Positions 63,197 through 64,000 of a stretch of 64,000 nucleotides of DNA are shown piece by piece. The position numbers and the translations under genes are program-made. This DNA comes from Bryobacterales bacterium (lineage in GTDB: Bacteria; Acidobacteriota; Terriglobia; Bryobacterales; Bryobacteraceae), in assembly GCA_027452065.1 (NCBI GenBank), contig DAIDHC010000036.1, forward strand, positions 2,589 to 66,588, given 5' to 3'. The number at the start of each line of letters is the position of its first letter. Positions within the stretch are counted from its first letter, which is position 1. The notes below the pieces were generated by a model. The model had not been told where the DNA came from and ran no database searches. It saw only the letters and a program-made list of their open reading frames with translations.

Positions 63197-64000
63197 AGAA
63201 CAACCGGTCCTGCCGGCGCAGCGTTCCGAACGTGCTCACGTTCGACACCCCGAACGATACCAGAAACTGGTTCTCGTTCCGCGTCCCGAAGTTGAACCTG
63301 CGCACCTGCACCGACACTCCGCAGCAATCCGTGTTGTAGGTCATCTGCGCGGTGGCAAACTCGAGAATCCCCCGATCGTAGTCATAATACACGCTAAACG
63401 CCCCGCTGAACCCTTTCCGGTTCGTGTTGCCGTAACCCACCAGCGCCGACATCTGGTTCGAGTTCGGCGCCAGAATCGGGTTGTCCCGGATCTCGTTGTA
63501 TCCCAGCGCGAAGAACCACTGCGCCGTGTGCACGTTCGCCGAGACCCCGCTGTCGATCAGATGGCCCTGCAGCGGATCGTAGTCGGCCCGCCACTCAAAG
63601 CCCACCTTTGTCTCGATTCGCAGGTCCGAATCGATCGGCGAATAGTTCCGCGGCCCGGTGAGAAACGGCATCGGAGTCAGATCCTCCGACGCCTCGACGA
63701 TGTTCAGCCGCCCGGGCAGCACCGCGCCGCCGAAGGTCGGATTGAAATACCGGTCCTGCCGCAGCTCCCACCACGCCAGCTCCTGCACCGTGCCGTCTTT
63801 TTTCTTCACGTAGAACCGGTTCGACAGCTTCAGGTTCAACTGCTCGGTGTCGCTCAACAGATCGGTCCCGTCAAAACGCAGAATCCGATTGAACCCGCTG
63901 CCCACGCCGGCCACCGACCGGAATTCCGCCCGCGGCTCGATGACGTGCTCGATTTTGTCCCCCAGCCATTTCGGAGCCTTAAATACTCGCGCCAGCGACG
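63195..64000 (-). CDS. lptD: LPS-assembly outer-membrane protein LptD, C-terminal part (5' end off-window)
   Basis: Beta-barrel pattern with the adjacent Cys pair YNTDCCGVSVQVRR near the C-terminus, as in E. coli LptD (SSCCYAIRVGYER). The frame stays open to the window edge. Confidence 0.72.
   Translation of the reverse strand, partial: SLARVFKAPKWLGDKIEHVIEPRAEFRSVAGVGSGFNRILRFDGTDLLSDTEQLNLKLSNRFYVKKKDGTVQELAWWELRQDRYFNPTFGGAVLPGRLNIVEASEDLTPMPFLTGPRNYSPIDSDLRIETKVGFEWRADYDPLQGHLIDSGVSANVHTAQWFFALGYNEIRDNPILAPNSNQMSALVGYGNTNRKGFSGAFSVYYDYDRGILEFATAQMTYNTDCCGVSVQVRRFNFGTRNENQFLVSFGVSNVSTFGTLRRQDRLF

Noticed and set aside
63043-63339. Short ORFs (98, 71 and 122 aa) across the tandem repeat
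   Set aside because: Their peptide sequences are internally duplicated purely because of the DNA repeat. They have no start context and overlap the lptD 3' end.

Overview
This is a high-GC bacterial chromosomal segment with about 55 protein genes, one tRNA-Asn(GTT) and one 78-bp tandem repeat. I found no rRNA, CRISPR array, transposase or integrase. The right part (about 27.5-64 kb) carries hallmarks I associate with Acidobacteria of the Solibacter/Bryobacter type. These are an ADOP-type duplicated MacB-like permease, two secreted proteins with the Solibacter-type C-terminal Ig-like repeat, and a TonB-dependent receptor with an N-terminal carboxypeptidase-regulatory-like domain. That part also holds housekeeping genes: nadC-birA-coaX, mutY, nirBD, rpmI-rplT, zapA and lptD. 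The left part (1-27.4 kb) holds a frameshifted sdaA, ppk2, glgP, a phosphoketolase gene, an OMP gene, a SulP transporter, a complete F1Fo ATP synthase operon (atpBEFHAGDC, minus strand), an RND efflux operon and three orphan genes. The observations I rate highest follow. (1) Base composition and codon usage change abruptly at the tRNA-Asn gene, from roughly 45-58% GC in hand-counted samples on the left to 62-70% on the right. This suggests either a very large foreign segment or an assembly join. (2) A membrane-anchored winged-helix regulator with two extracytoplasmic malectin-like domains lies divergent from the TonB-dependent receptor. (3) A near-perfect 2 x 78 bp tandem repeat with dyad symmetry sits immediately downstream of zapA. 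It can fold into a stem / large bubble / stem shape like 6S RNA, and it could equally be a REP-like element. (4) Several translationally coupled pairs involve uncharacterised proteins: a flavin reductase with a GT-C-like membrane protein, and coaX with a DnaD-like protein. I did not find a clear-cut novel multi-gene system such as a defence island. All calls rest on motif recognition by eye, with no database search.
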